NCBI GenBank assembly: GCA_041648235.1
Contig: JBAZPK010000001.1
Location: forward strand, 1-50,350
DNA: 50,350 nucleotides
Origin: Thermoleophilia bacterium
GTDB lineage: Bacteria > Actinomycetota > Thermoleophilia > UBA2241
Reading direction: 5' to 3'
The notes below the pieces were generated by a model. The model was not told the origin of the DNA, did not search any database, and was given only the letters and a program-made list of their open reading frames with translations. The translations under genes and the position numbers were made by a program. Positions within the stretch are counted from its first letter, which is position 1. Each line of letters opens with the position of its first letter. Shown here one piece after another: positions 37,386 to 45,440 of this stretch.

Positions 37386-39461
37386 TCAGCCCTTGTGCGC
37401 CTCTTCCTTCTCGGCCTTGGCCTGCTCGACGATCTTCTGCGTGAGGTGCGCGGGTACTTCTTCGTAACGCAGGAACTCCATGTGGTAGTCGCCGCGCCCG
37501 CCGGTCATGGAGGTGAGGTCGGGCGCGTAGCTCAGCATCTCGGCTAGCGGGACCTCCGCGGCGACCACGTTGGTGTGGCCGCGCGGCGTCGTGCCGAGCA
37601 CGCGGCCGCGGCGCGAGTTGAGGTCGCCGATGATGTCGCCGACGTTCTCCTCGGGCACGGTGATCTCGACGTTCATGTGCGGCTCGAGCAGCACCGGCTG
37701 CGCCTTCTCGGCGGCCGCCTTGAAGCCCAGCGAGCCGGCGATCTGGAACGCCATGTCGCTCGAGTCGACGGGGTGGTACTTGCCGTCGTACAGCTCCACC
37801 TTGACATCCACGACCGTGTACCCGGCGAGGAAGCCCTCCGCCATTGCGGCGCGGACGCCCTTCTCCACCGCCGGGATGAAGTTGCGAGGGATGGCGCCGC
37901 CGACGATCTTGTCGACGAACTCGAAGCCCTCGCCGCGCGGCTGCGGCGAGACCTGCAGCCAGGTGTCGGCGAACTGGCCGCGGCCGCCGGTCTGCTTCTT
38001 GTGCTTGCCCTCGGCCTTGGCCGTGCCCTTGATGGTCTCGCGGTACGGCACCCGCGGGGGCTTGAGCTCGACCTCGACGCCGAAGCGCCGCTTCATGCGC
38101 TCCACGGTGACCTCGACGTGCACCTGGCTCATGCCGCCGACGATCATCTCCCCGGTCTGGTCGTCGCGATGCACCTCGAGCATCGGGTCTTCCTCGGCGA
38201 GGCGGCGCAGGGCCGTGATGACCTTGTCCTCCTCGCCTTTGCTCTTGGCCGAGATGGCGAAGCTCATGAGCGGCGCCGGGAAGGCGATGGGCGGGAAGCG
38301 CACCTCGACGCCGTCGGCGCAGAGCGTGTCGCCGGTGACGACGTCCTTGAGTTTGGCGACGGCGCCGATATCGCCGGCCACCAGATCCTCGCCGTGCTTG
38401 TTCTCCTTGCCCATCGTCTTGAGGAGCTGCCCGAGACGCTCTTTGTGGCCATCGCGCGAGACCATGACCTGCGTGTCGCTCTTGATCGTGCCCTGGTAGA
38501 CGCGAAAGACGTTGACGTGCCCGCTGAATGGGTCGGCCAGGGTCTTGAAGACGAAAGCCACCGCCGGCTGGGAGGGGTCGCAGGCAAGACGTACCCCGTC
38601 GCCCTCACCGCCGGCCATCACCGGCGCCGGCACGGCGGCCGGGGACGGCGCCAGAGCCAGGACCTCGAAGAGCCTGTCCATGCCTACGACGCCGGTCGCC
38701 GAGCCGCAGGCCACCGGGAAGAGCTGGGCCGTCGCGACCGCCGCCGCGAAGGCGGCGTTGAGCTCGGCGGCGCTGATCTCCTCCTCCATGAGGTACTTCT
38801 CGGCGAGCTCGTCGTCGGTGCTCGCGACGGCGTCGATGAGACGGTCGCGCGCCGCCGCCGCCGCGTCGGCGAGCTCGGCGGGGATCTCACCGCTGCGCTC
38901 CTTGCCGCCCTCACTGACGAACGCCTTCATGGACAGCAGGTCGACGACGCCCTTGAGCTCGTGCTCCTTGCCGATCGGGAGCTGCACGGCCACCACCTGG
39001 GGGCCGAAGGTGCCCTGCAGGACGGCGACCGCGGCGGCGAAGTCGGCACGCTCGCGGTCGAGCATGTTGCAGAAGAGCACGCGGCCCAGCCCGCGCTCCT
39101 CGGCGCGCGCCCAGAGACGCTCGGTCTGGACCTCGACGCCGAGCACGGTGTTGACCACCACGAGAGCGGTCTCGACGATCTGCAGCGAGGAGATGGCGTC
39201 GGCGAGGAAGCTCGAGTCGCCAGGCGTGTCGATCAGGTTGAACGCGATGCCACCGCGGTCGACGTGGACGAGGCCGGCCGAGAGGCTCATCTGGCGCTTC
39301 TTCTCGTCCTCGTCCCAGTCGGACATCGTGGTGCCGTCGCTCACGGAGCCGAGGCGGGTGACGGCACCGGCGGAGTACAGGAGCGCCTCGAGCAGTGAGG
39401 TCTTGCCGGTGCCGCGATGCCCAACGAGGGCGATGTTCCTGATCTTGCCTGGGTCGTTCAT
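37386..39461 (-). CDS. elongation factor G paralog (EF-G2-like translational GTPase)
   Basis: The ORF-track frame is trimmed to ATG 39461, preceded by GAGGAGAG. G1 VGHRGTGKTS, G3 DTPGDSSF and five-domain EF-G length (691 aa). It is not in an rpsL-rpsG-fusA-tuf context. G4 reads NMLD instead of NKxD. Confidence 0.88.
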   Translation of the reverse strand: MNDPGKIRNIALVGHRGTGKTSLLEALLYSAGAVTRLGSVSDGTTMSDWDEDEKKRQMSLSAGLVHVDRGGIAFNLIDTPGDSSFLADAISSLQIVETALVVVNTVLGVEVQTERLWARAEERGLGRVLFCNMLDRERADFAAAVAVLQGTFGPQVVAVQLPIGKEHELKGVVDLLSMKAFVSEGGKERSGEIPAELADAAAAARDRLIDAVASTDDELAEKYLMEEEISAAELNAAFAAAVATAQLFPVACGSATGVVGMDRLFEVLALAPSPAAVPAPVMAGGEGDGVRLACDPSQPAVAFVFKTLADPFSGHVNVFRVYQGTIKSDTQVMVSRDGHKERLGQLLKTMGKENKHGEDLVAGDIGAVAKLKDVVTGDTLCADGVEVRFPPIAFPAPLMSFAISAKSKGEEDKVITALRRLAEEDPMLEVHRDDQTGEMIVGGMSQVHVEVTVERMKRRFGVEVELKPPRVPYRETIKGTAKAEGKHKKQTGGRGQFADTWLQVSPQPRGEGFEFVDKIVGGAIPRNFIPAVEKGVRAAMAEGFLAGYTVVDVKVELYDGKYHPVDSSDMAFQIAGSLGFKAAAEKAQPVLLEPHMNVEITVPEENVGDIIGDLNSRRGRVLGTTPRGHTNVVAAEVPLAEMLSYAPDLTSMTGGRGDYHMEFLRYEEVPAHLTQKIVEQAKAEKEEAHKG

Positions 39462-39543
39462 CCGGGCTCTCCTCGTGTGTCGTCTCGGCGGCCGCGCGTC
39501 TGCCGGCGCGCGGGCGGCCGCTCGCCTCCGTGCGGAAGCCAGA

Positions 39544-39552
39544 AGTCTAGCA
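39544..39552 (-). promoter_or_regulatory. extended -10 element TGCTAGACT upstream of the EF-G paralog
   Basis: The minus strand reads CCTGTGCTAGACTTC, starting 16 nt after the dinB stop. It would give a GC-rich 5' UTR of about 75 nt. No clear -35. Confidence 0.3.
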
Positions 39553-39567
39553 CAGGGCCGCGGGGTT

Positions 39568-40809
39568 TCACGCCCCTGACCGAGCCTCCGGCGACGGCGC
39601 CGGCGGCGTGAAGGCGAGGGCCGGCGACGGGTGCGCGAAGTGCCGGCGCGCGGGCGCGGCACCGGCCAGGGTGAGCGCCGCGGAGCCGTACCTGGCACGC
39701 ACGCGGTCGACCGCCTGGCCGAGCGCCACCTCGCGCCAGCCGTCGTCGAGCGTGAGCTGAAAGGCGCCATGGCTGAGGTTGCCGACGCTGACGCCGACGA
39801 GGCGCACCCAGCGGGCGCCGATGTCGAGCTCGTCGAGCAGCGCCACGGCCGTCTCGTAGAGCGGCCGCGTAGCGCTCACCGGACGCGCCAGCGTGCGGCG
39901 CCGGCCGACGGTGTGAAAGGTGTTGAAGCGCACCTTGAGAGCGACGGTGCGCGCCGCCATGCCGTTGCGGCGCAGTTCGGCCACGGCGTGGTCGGCGAGC
40001 GAGAGCAGGGTAGCGCGCAGAAGGCCGAGATCGTTGGTGTCGTCGGTGAAGGTGATCTCGCGGCCGACCGACTTGGGCAGCGGCCGCGCGCTGCGCACCG
40101 GCGAGAAGCTGCGCCCCAGGGCGAGCTGGCGTAGACCGTGAGCCCCGCGCCCGAAGGCCGCGGCGAGCAGCGGGAAGGGTACGTCCTGCAGCATGCCCAC
40201 GGTGGTGAGGCCGAGGGCGGCAAGGCGCTCCCGGGTGACCGGGCCGATGCCGCAGACCTCGCCCACGGGGAGCTCGCGCAGGCGGCCGTGCACGTCGGCG
40301 GCGGTGAGCTCGCCCACGCCGGCGGGCTTGTTGAGGCCGGCGGCCAGCTTGGCCAGCAGCTTGGTGGGGCCGATGCCGATGGAGCAGGTGACCCCGTGCG
40401 CGTCGTAGACCTGCTCCTGGATCCGCAGGGCGATGGCCCGCGGCGGCCCGAACAGCCGCCGGCTGCCGGTGACGTCGAGGTAGGCCTCGTCGATGGAGGC
40501 GACCTCGACGAGGTCGGTGTAGCGGCCGAGGAGTTCGAGCACGGCGTGATGCACGGCCAGATAGGCCTTCATGTCGACCGGCAGGAACACCCCTCGCGGG
40601 CAGAGACGCTCGGCCTGGAAGATGGGCATGGCGCTGTGCACGCCGTAGACGCGCGCCTCGTAGGAGCAGGCGGAGACCACGCCGCGGCCACCGCGCTCGC
40701 CGCCGACGACCACCGGCAGGCCGCTCAGCTCGGGGCGCCGCGCCTGCTCCACCGAAGCGAAGAAGGCGTCCATATCGAGGTGCAGGATGGCTCGCTGGGA
40801 TACGAACAT
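39568..40809 (-). CDS. dinB: DNA polymerase IV (Y-family translesion polymerase)
   Basis: The ORF-track frame is trimmed to ATG 40809 (MFVSQRAILHLDMDAFFASVEQ). Also ASIDEAYLDVTGS, and a LexA box overlies the start. Confidence 0.9.
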   Translation of the reverse strand: MFVSQRAILHLDMDAFFASVEQARRPELSGLPVVVGGERGGRGVVSACSYEARVYGVHSAMPIFQAERLCPRGVFLPVDMKAYLAVHHAVLELLGRYTDLVEVASIDEAYLDVTGSRRLFGPPRAIALRIQEQVYDAHGVTCSIGIGPTKLLAKLAAGLNKPAGVGELTAADVHGRLRELPVGEVCGIGPVTRERLAALGLTTVGMLQDVPFPLLAAAFGRGAHGLRQLALGRSFSPVRSARPLPKSVGREITFTDDTNDLGLLRATLLSLADHAVAELRRNGMAARTVALKVRFNTFHTVGRRRTLARPVSATRPLYETAVALLDELDIGARWVRLVGVSVGNLSHGAFQLTLDDGWREVALGQAVDRVRARYGSAALTLAGAAPARRHFAHPSPALAFTPPAPSPEARSGA

Positions 40810-40821
40810 ATGTTCGTATCC
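40798..40821. promoter_or_regulatory. LexA (SOS / Cheo-type) operator: perfect 24-nt palindrome GGATACGAACATATGTTCGTATCC
   Basis: The core CGAACATATGTTCG (40803-40816) matches the Gram-positive GAAC-N4-GTTC SOS box exactly. The dinB ATG (40809-40807) lies in the centre of the palindrome. Confidence 0.8.
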
Positions 40822-40847
40822 TACTCCCGCCGCGGGCGGATGGTCAA
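40818..40847 (-). promoter_or_regulatory. dinB promoter (TTGACC - 18 nt - TAGGAT), -10 overlapping the LexA box; leaderless or near-leaderless transcript
   Basis: On the minus strand, TTGACC at 40847-40842 and TAGGAT at 40823-40818. Only 8 nt separate the -10 from the ATG, and there is no SD. Confidence 0.5.
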
Positions 40848-40911
40848 CGCCGATTGCGGAGATGAGCCCAGGCCCGGCCGCGAGAGCCGGCGCCGGGCGG
40901 GCCACCCGGCG

Positions 40912-41460
40912 TCAGCGCGTGCGGCGCCCGAGATCGATCGTGTACATGACGCTGCCCGAGACCCCGCGGAACGACCCGCGGGCACAGCCGACGCCGACGT
41001 CCCGCCAGCGCCGGTCGAGGATGACGGCGCGGTGCGCACTCGAACGCATCCAGCTGCGGAACACCGCTCGAGGACTCCCGGCCGAGCCCTGGCCCCAGCC
41101 GATGACCTCGCCGACCGCCCAGGAGCGGTACCCGGCGATGCCGTAACCGGCCTTGCGCAGCCGCGTCGCGAACGTGGTGCCGCCGGGTGCCGAGTGCGAG
41201 AAGTAGTCCCGCGACAGCATGTCGCGCGAGTGCGCCAGGGCGGCGCGATCGAGCGCGGTCTGCAGGTGGACGGGCGCCAGGCCGCGCGAGGTGCGCGCCA
41301 GATTGATGAGCCCGAGCATGGTGCGCTCGTTGGCCTGGCGGTCGAAGGCGGCCGCGGGCCCCGCGGCCGCCGCGACGGCGAGCGAGACGAGCATGACGAT
41401 CAGGGTTGTGGCGATGAGCTTTCGCACGAGTCCCTCCCGTGGCGCTGGTCTGACGTTCAT
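40912..41460 (-). CDS. secreted or membrane-anchored CAP/SCP (YkwD-like) domain protein
   Basis: ATG 41460 (ATGA overlap with the rsfS stop). Hydrophobic N-terminus LIATTLIVMLVSLAVAAAAGPAAA, then CAP-like LINLARTSRGLAPV...AHSRDMLSRDYFSHS...VGEVIGWG...WMRSSAHRAVIL...DVGVG. Confidence 0.8.
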   Translation of the reverse strand: MNVRPAPREGLVRKLIATTLIVMLVSLAVAAAAGPAAAFDRQANERTMLGLINLARTSRGLAPVHLQTALDRAALAHSRDMLSRDYFSHSAPGGTTFATRLRKAGYGIAGYRSWAVGEVIGWGQGSAGSPRAVFRSWMRSSAHRAVILDRRWRDVGVGCARGSFRGVSGSVMYTIDLGRRTR

Positions 41461-41849
41461 GCCTGGGTCGACGCCGCGGCCTTGAGGCCCTGCGCCGACG
41501 GCTCGGACAGCGGGAGGCGCGGGACGTCGCCCCACAGCGCCTCCAGGCGGTAGAAGTCGCGCGCCGCGGGCGTGAGCACGTGCACCACGACGTCCAGGTA
41601 GTCGATGAGGATCCATTCGGCGTCGCGCTCGCCCTCGACGCGGGACGGGTGCCGCACGGGGCGCAGCTTGATGACGATCTCTTCGGCGATGGCCTTGGTG
41701 AGGCGGGGGTTGGCGCCGGTGACGATGACGAAGTAGTCGGTGTAGCCGACCGCCTCGGCCATCTCGAGGATGACGATATCCTCGGCCTTCTTGCCGGCCG
41801 CGAGGTCGGCGACAGCTCGCGCCAGCGACTCGGTCGTGGTGGACTCCAG
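41457..41849 (-). CDS. rsfS: ribosome silencing factor RsfS (start codon uncertain, no canonical start available)
   Basis: The ORF track starts at ATG 41762, but the conserved RsfS N-terminal segment (SLARAVADLAAGKKAEDIVILEM-AEAVGYTDYFVIVTGANPRLTKAI) continues upstream in frame. The only start-like codon after the upstream gene's stop is CTG at 41849. Confidence 0.8.
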   Translation of the reverse strand: MESTTTESLARAVADLAAGKKAEDIVILEMAEAVGYTDYFVIVTGANPRLTKAIAEEIVIKLRPVRHPSRVEGERDAEWILIDYLDVVVHVLTPAARDFYRLEALWGDVPRLPLSEPSAQGLKAAASTQA

Positions 41850-41857
41850 GAGGGGGG

Positions 41858-43036
41858 CTACGGCTGGTCCTTTGGCTCGACGTCGTTGGCCTCGAGGTCG
41901 CCGCCGACGATCACCACGACGGTGTCGGGCGGCAGCTGGGCGCCGTCCAGGACGACGCCGCGGCCGAGTATAGCACGGATGTCCTGGGCCACCGGCAGGG
42001 CATCCCTGCCGGCGAGGATCCGGGTCTGCCGGTAGTCGAAGCTGTCGGCGTTCACCGGCGCCGGGAGGTCGACGTCGAGCGCCGCCAGCCGGGCCGCCAC
42101 CGCCTCGCCCACCCCCACCTTCCCGGAGCCGTTGCGGACCAGCACGGTGAACTGGCCGCGGAAGCCTGGCGCCTTGCGCGTGATGCGCGCCATGATCCCC
42201 TCCGGATCGGGCACGTACGCGAACTGGCCCTCGGCGACGCGCGTCGTCGCCGGCATGAGGTCCACCTCAAAGTCGCCCGCCGCGAGCTCGCGGAGGGCGT
42301 CCGCCAGGTACCAGGTGTCCGCGGGAGAGGCCGCGACCCTCGCGCCGGCGGCCGCGGCGGTGACCGCGCGATCGCGGACCGCCCTCGGGCGCAGTGCGGC
42401 GGCCTCGAGGACGGCGCGCCACAGCGCCACCTGCAGGCGTGCCGCGCCGCCGTCGTCGGGCGTGGCGGCCGTGAACAGGCCGGGGAGCTCACGCGCGGCG
42501 ACCGTATCGCCGTCCTCGAAAGTGCGGCGGGCGCCTCCCAGCGGGAGAGTCACGCTCTCATCGAGGCTGATCTGCAGCACGTCCGCCGCGGCGAGGCCGG
42601 CGAGGGCCGCCGCGGGGAGGCGGTAGCTGGCGTCCAGGCGGGCGTCGATGACCCGCTCGAGGTCTTCCCCGATGGTGCCGGCCGCGAGCGCGTCGGCGGC
42701 GAAGACGTACTCGCCGTGCGGGCCCGACACGAGGAACTCAGGAGGGATCACATAGAGGGAGGCCCCGTCGGCGGCCGCGTCCTTGACGATCAAGGCGGCG
42801 GCCACGGGCCGGGCGCCCGCCTCGGGGGCCAGCGAGATGAGGGCGAGGTAACCCTTGGTCCGCGGCAGGTCCTCGTCGCCGAGCAGGCGTGCGGTCACGT
42901 ACCAGGCACCGAGGACGGCGGCGAAGGCCACGAGGGCGGCGAGCACGTACAGCACCCAGGCTTGCCAGCGCTCGGCCATCCGGCGCCGGCGGCGGCGCAG
43001 GCGATCGACCCGGTATCCCTTCTTAGGCGCCGGCAT
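41858..43036 (-). CDS. membrane-anchored protein with C-terminal LytR_C (LytR cell-envelope-related) domain
   Basis: 392 aa. Basic N-terminus plus one TM segment (WQAWVLYVLAALVAFAAVLGAWYV). The C-terminus FTVLVRNGSGKVGVGEAVAARLAAL...ADSFDYRQTRILAG...TVVVIVGGDL is typical of LytR_C. It sits between yqeK/nadD and rsfS, as in many Actinomycetota. Confidence 0.7.
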   Translation of the reverse strand: MPAPKKGYRVDRLRRRRRRMAERWQAWVLYVLAALVAFAAVLGAWYVTARLLGDEDLPRTKGYLALISLAPEAGARPVAAALIVKDAAADGASLYVIPPEFLVSGPHGEYVFAADALAAGTIGEDLERVIDARLDASYRLPAAALAGLAAADVLQISLDESVTLPLGGARRTFEDGDTVAARELPGLFTAATPDDGGAARLQVALWRAVLEAAALRPRAVRDRAVTAAAAGARVAASPADTWYLADALRELAAGDFEVDLMPATTRVAEGQFAYVPDPEGIMARITRKAPGFRGQFTVLVRNGSGKVGVGEAVAARLAALDVDLPAPVNADSFDYRQTRILAGRDALPVAQDIRAILGRGVVLDGAQLPPDTVVVIVGGDLEANDVEPKDQP

Positions 43037-43586
43037 GGGATTCGTTGTACAACGCCAGCGCGGCGGGCACCACCCCGCGGCCGCGGCCGATCAGGTCCAG
43101 GAGGCTGGCGCGGGCCGCCGCCGCGACGGCCTCGTCGAGCGAGGTGTGCGCCAGCGCGCGCACCTTGCCGAGACCGTCGAAGTCGCGGCCCGGCTCGCAG
43201 AAATCGGCCACGTACAGGCACTTCTCGAGCACCGTCATGCCCGCGTCGCCCACGGTGTGCCGCGCGATGGCGCCGGCCACCTCGGCGTCGAGCCCCATCC
43301 CGGCCAGCTCGGCGGCCGCCACGGGGCCGTGAAGAAGGCCGACTGGGCGCCGCCGTTCCACCGCGCCCACAGCGATGCCGTGGCGCGCCGCAGCCGCCAG
43401 GACCTCCTCCGCCGTGGCCTCGCGGCAGTAGTCGTGCAGGAGCCCGGCCAGTTCGGCCGCCGCCGGCACGGCGCCGAAGCGCCGGGCGAGCACGGCGGCC
43501 TCCGCCCCCACGCGCCGCGAATGCTCGAGCCGCTCCGGGGAGAGCCGGGCGGCGATCAGACGTTGTGCCTCGGCCCGGTCGATCAC
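43023..43586 (-). CDS. yqeK: HD-domain bis(5'-nucleosyl)-tetraphosphatase YqeK
   Basis: 187 aa: RLEHSRRVG...AGLLHDYCRE. GTGA overlap with the nadD stop. nadD-yqeK adjacency. Confidence 0.85.
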   Translation of the reverse strand: MIDRAEAQRLIAARLSPERLEHSRRVGAEAAVLARRFGAVPAAAELAGLLHDYCREATAEEVLAAAARHGIAVGAVERRRPVGLLHGPVAAAELAGMGLDAEVAGAIARHTVGDAGMTVLEKCLYVADFCEPGRDFDGLGKVRALAHTSLDEAVAAAARASLLDLIGRGRGVVPAALALYNESHAGA

Positions 43587-44188
43587 GGCGCTGCGTAGAG
43601 CGCGTGCGCGACGATGTACTCCTCCACGGCCGCCGGGACCAGGTACCGGATGGACCGGCCACCGCGCACGCGCTCACGCACGCCCGTCGAGGAGATGTCA
43701 ACGAGCGGGGTGTCGAGCACCCGGACGCGCTGCCGGCCCCAGCGCGTGGCGGCCGCGGCCACGTCCGCGGGCCGGTCCCCCGGCCGCGGCGCCACGGCGA
43801 GCAGCGCTTCCTGAAGGATCGCCTGCGGGTCGTGCCAGGTGGCGAACTGCAGCAGCGAATCGGAGCCCATGATGAAGACCAGCGGGTGGTCCGGGTAGCG
43901 GCTCGCCACGGCGCGCAGGGTGTCTCGCGTGTACACGAGCTCACGCTCGACCTCGAGCGCCGACACGCTGAACCGCAGGTCGTCGACCACCGCGAGCTCG
44001 GCCATCGCCACGCGGGCCAGCCGGGAGACGTCGTCGTCGATCATCTTGTGCGGCGGGCTGGCCGCAGGGACGAAGAGGACCCTCTCCAGCCCGAGCTCGT
44101 CGCAGGCCCCGGAGGCGATGAGCAGATGGCCGAGGTGCGGAGGGTTGAAGCTCCCGCCGAGGACGCCGAGGAGCGGCCCGGAGGCCAC
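43583..44188 (-). CDS. nadD: nicotinate-nucleotide adenylyltransferase
   Basis: LGVLGGSFNPPHLGHLLIA...PPHK...ISSTGVRERV. GTG start at 44188. Confidence 0.92.
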   Translation of the reverse strand: MASGPLLGVLGGSFNPPHLGHLLIASGACDELGLERVLFVPAASPPHKMIDDDVSRLARVAMAELAVVDDLRFSVSALEVERELVYTRDTLRAVASRYPDHPLVFIMGSDSLLQFATWHDPQAILQEALLAVAPRPGDRPADVAAAATRWGRQRVRVLDTPLVDISSTGVRERVRGGRSIRYLVPAAVEEYIVAHALYAAP

Positions 44189-44192
44189 CGCG

Positions 44193-45440
44193 TCAGCCCC
44201 GCACCTGCCCGTCGCCCCAGAGCTCGTACTTGACGCAGGTGAGCTCCTGCAGGGCGATGGGCCCGCGCACGTGGAGCTTCTGGGTCGAGATGCCCATCTC
44301 GGCGCCGAGGCCGAACTCGCCGCCGTCGGTGAAGCGGGTGGAGGCGTTCACGTAGACGCACGCGGCGTCGACCGCGGCGGTGAACCGCCGTGCCGCCGCC
44401 AGATCCTCGGTGACGATCGCCTCCGAGTGGCGCGTGCCGAAGGTGGCGATGTGCTCGAGGGCCTCGTCGAGCGTGTCGACGACACGGACGGCGAGCTTGA
44501 GCGCCAGGAACTCGGTCTCGTAGTGCGTCCGGTTCGCGCGCTTGAGGGCGGGGTCCTGCAGGACGTCGCCGGCGGCCTTGTCGACCACCAGCTCGACGCC
44601 CCGGCGTTTGAGCTCGTCTACGGCGCGGGGCAGGAACTCCGCCGCCACCGCCCGGTGCACGAGCAGCGTCTCGGCGGCGTTACAGACGCCGGGGCGCTGG
44701 CACTTGGCATTGACGATGATGGGCAACGCCTTGGCGAGGTCGGCGGCGGCGTCGACGTAGACGTGGCAGTTGCCGCCGGCGGCGTAGATCACCGGCACCT
44801 TGCTGTGCTCCAGAAGGTAGTCCTTGAGCTCCTCGCCGCCGCGCGGGATGACGAGGTCGACGTAGCGCCGCTGCTTGATCAGCTCGTCGAGCTCGCGGCG
44901 GTCTGGCGAGAGGTACGAGACCGCCTCGCGCGGCAGCCCGGCTTCGAGGATGGCGCCCTGGACGACCTCGGCCAGGATGCGGTTGGTGTGCTTGGCGGCG
45001 CTGCCGCCACGCAAGATGACGGCGTTGCCCGTCTTCAGGCAGAGCGAGGCGGCATCGACGGTGACGTTGGGGCGCGCCTCATAGATCACCGCGACGACCC
45101 CGAGCGGCACGCGGACCCTGCGGACCTCGACGCCGTTGGCGAGACGCCAGCCGTCGACGAGCTGCCCCACGGGGTCCGGCAGTGCGCCCACGGCGCGGAC
45201 GCCCGCGACCATGTCGCGCAGCCGGTCCTCGTCGAGGAGCAGCCGGTCGACGAGTGCGTCGGCCAGGCGGTTCTCGCGCGCCAGGCGGAGGTCCTCCTGG
45301 TTCTCGGCCAGGATCTCGGCGCTGCGCCGCGTGACGGCGTCGCCGACGGCGCCGAGCGCTTCGTCCTTGCGCGCTCTCGGGAGCGTGGCGAGCGTACGTG
45401 CCGCGCGCTGAGCCGCGGCGCACATCTGTTCGACCTTCAC
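44193..45440 (-). CDS. proA: glutamate-5-semialdehyde dehydrogenase
   Basis: 415 aa of aldehyde dehydrogenase type with GVCNAAETLLVH. GTGA overlap with the proB stop. Confidence 0.93.
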   Translation of the reverse strand: MKVEQMCAAAQRAARTLATLPRARKDEALGAVGDAVTRRSAEILAENQEDLRLARENRLADALVDRLLLDEDRLRDMVAGVRAVGALPDPVGQLVDGWRLANGVEVRRVRVPLGVVAVIYEARPNVTVDAASLCLKTGNAVILRGGSAAKHTNRILAEVVQGAILEAGLPREAVSYLSPDRRELDELIKQRRYVDLVIPRGGEELKDYLLEHSKVPVIYAAGGNCHVYVDAAADLAKALPIIVNAKCQRPGVCNAAETLLVHRAVAAEFLPRAVDELKRRGVELVVDKAAGDVLQDPALKRANRTHYETEFLALKLAVRVVDTLDEALEHIATFGTRHSEAIVTEDLAAARRFTAAVDAACVYVNASTRFTDGGEFGLGAEMGISTQKLHVRGPIALQELTCVKYELWGDGQVRG

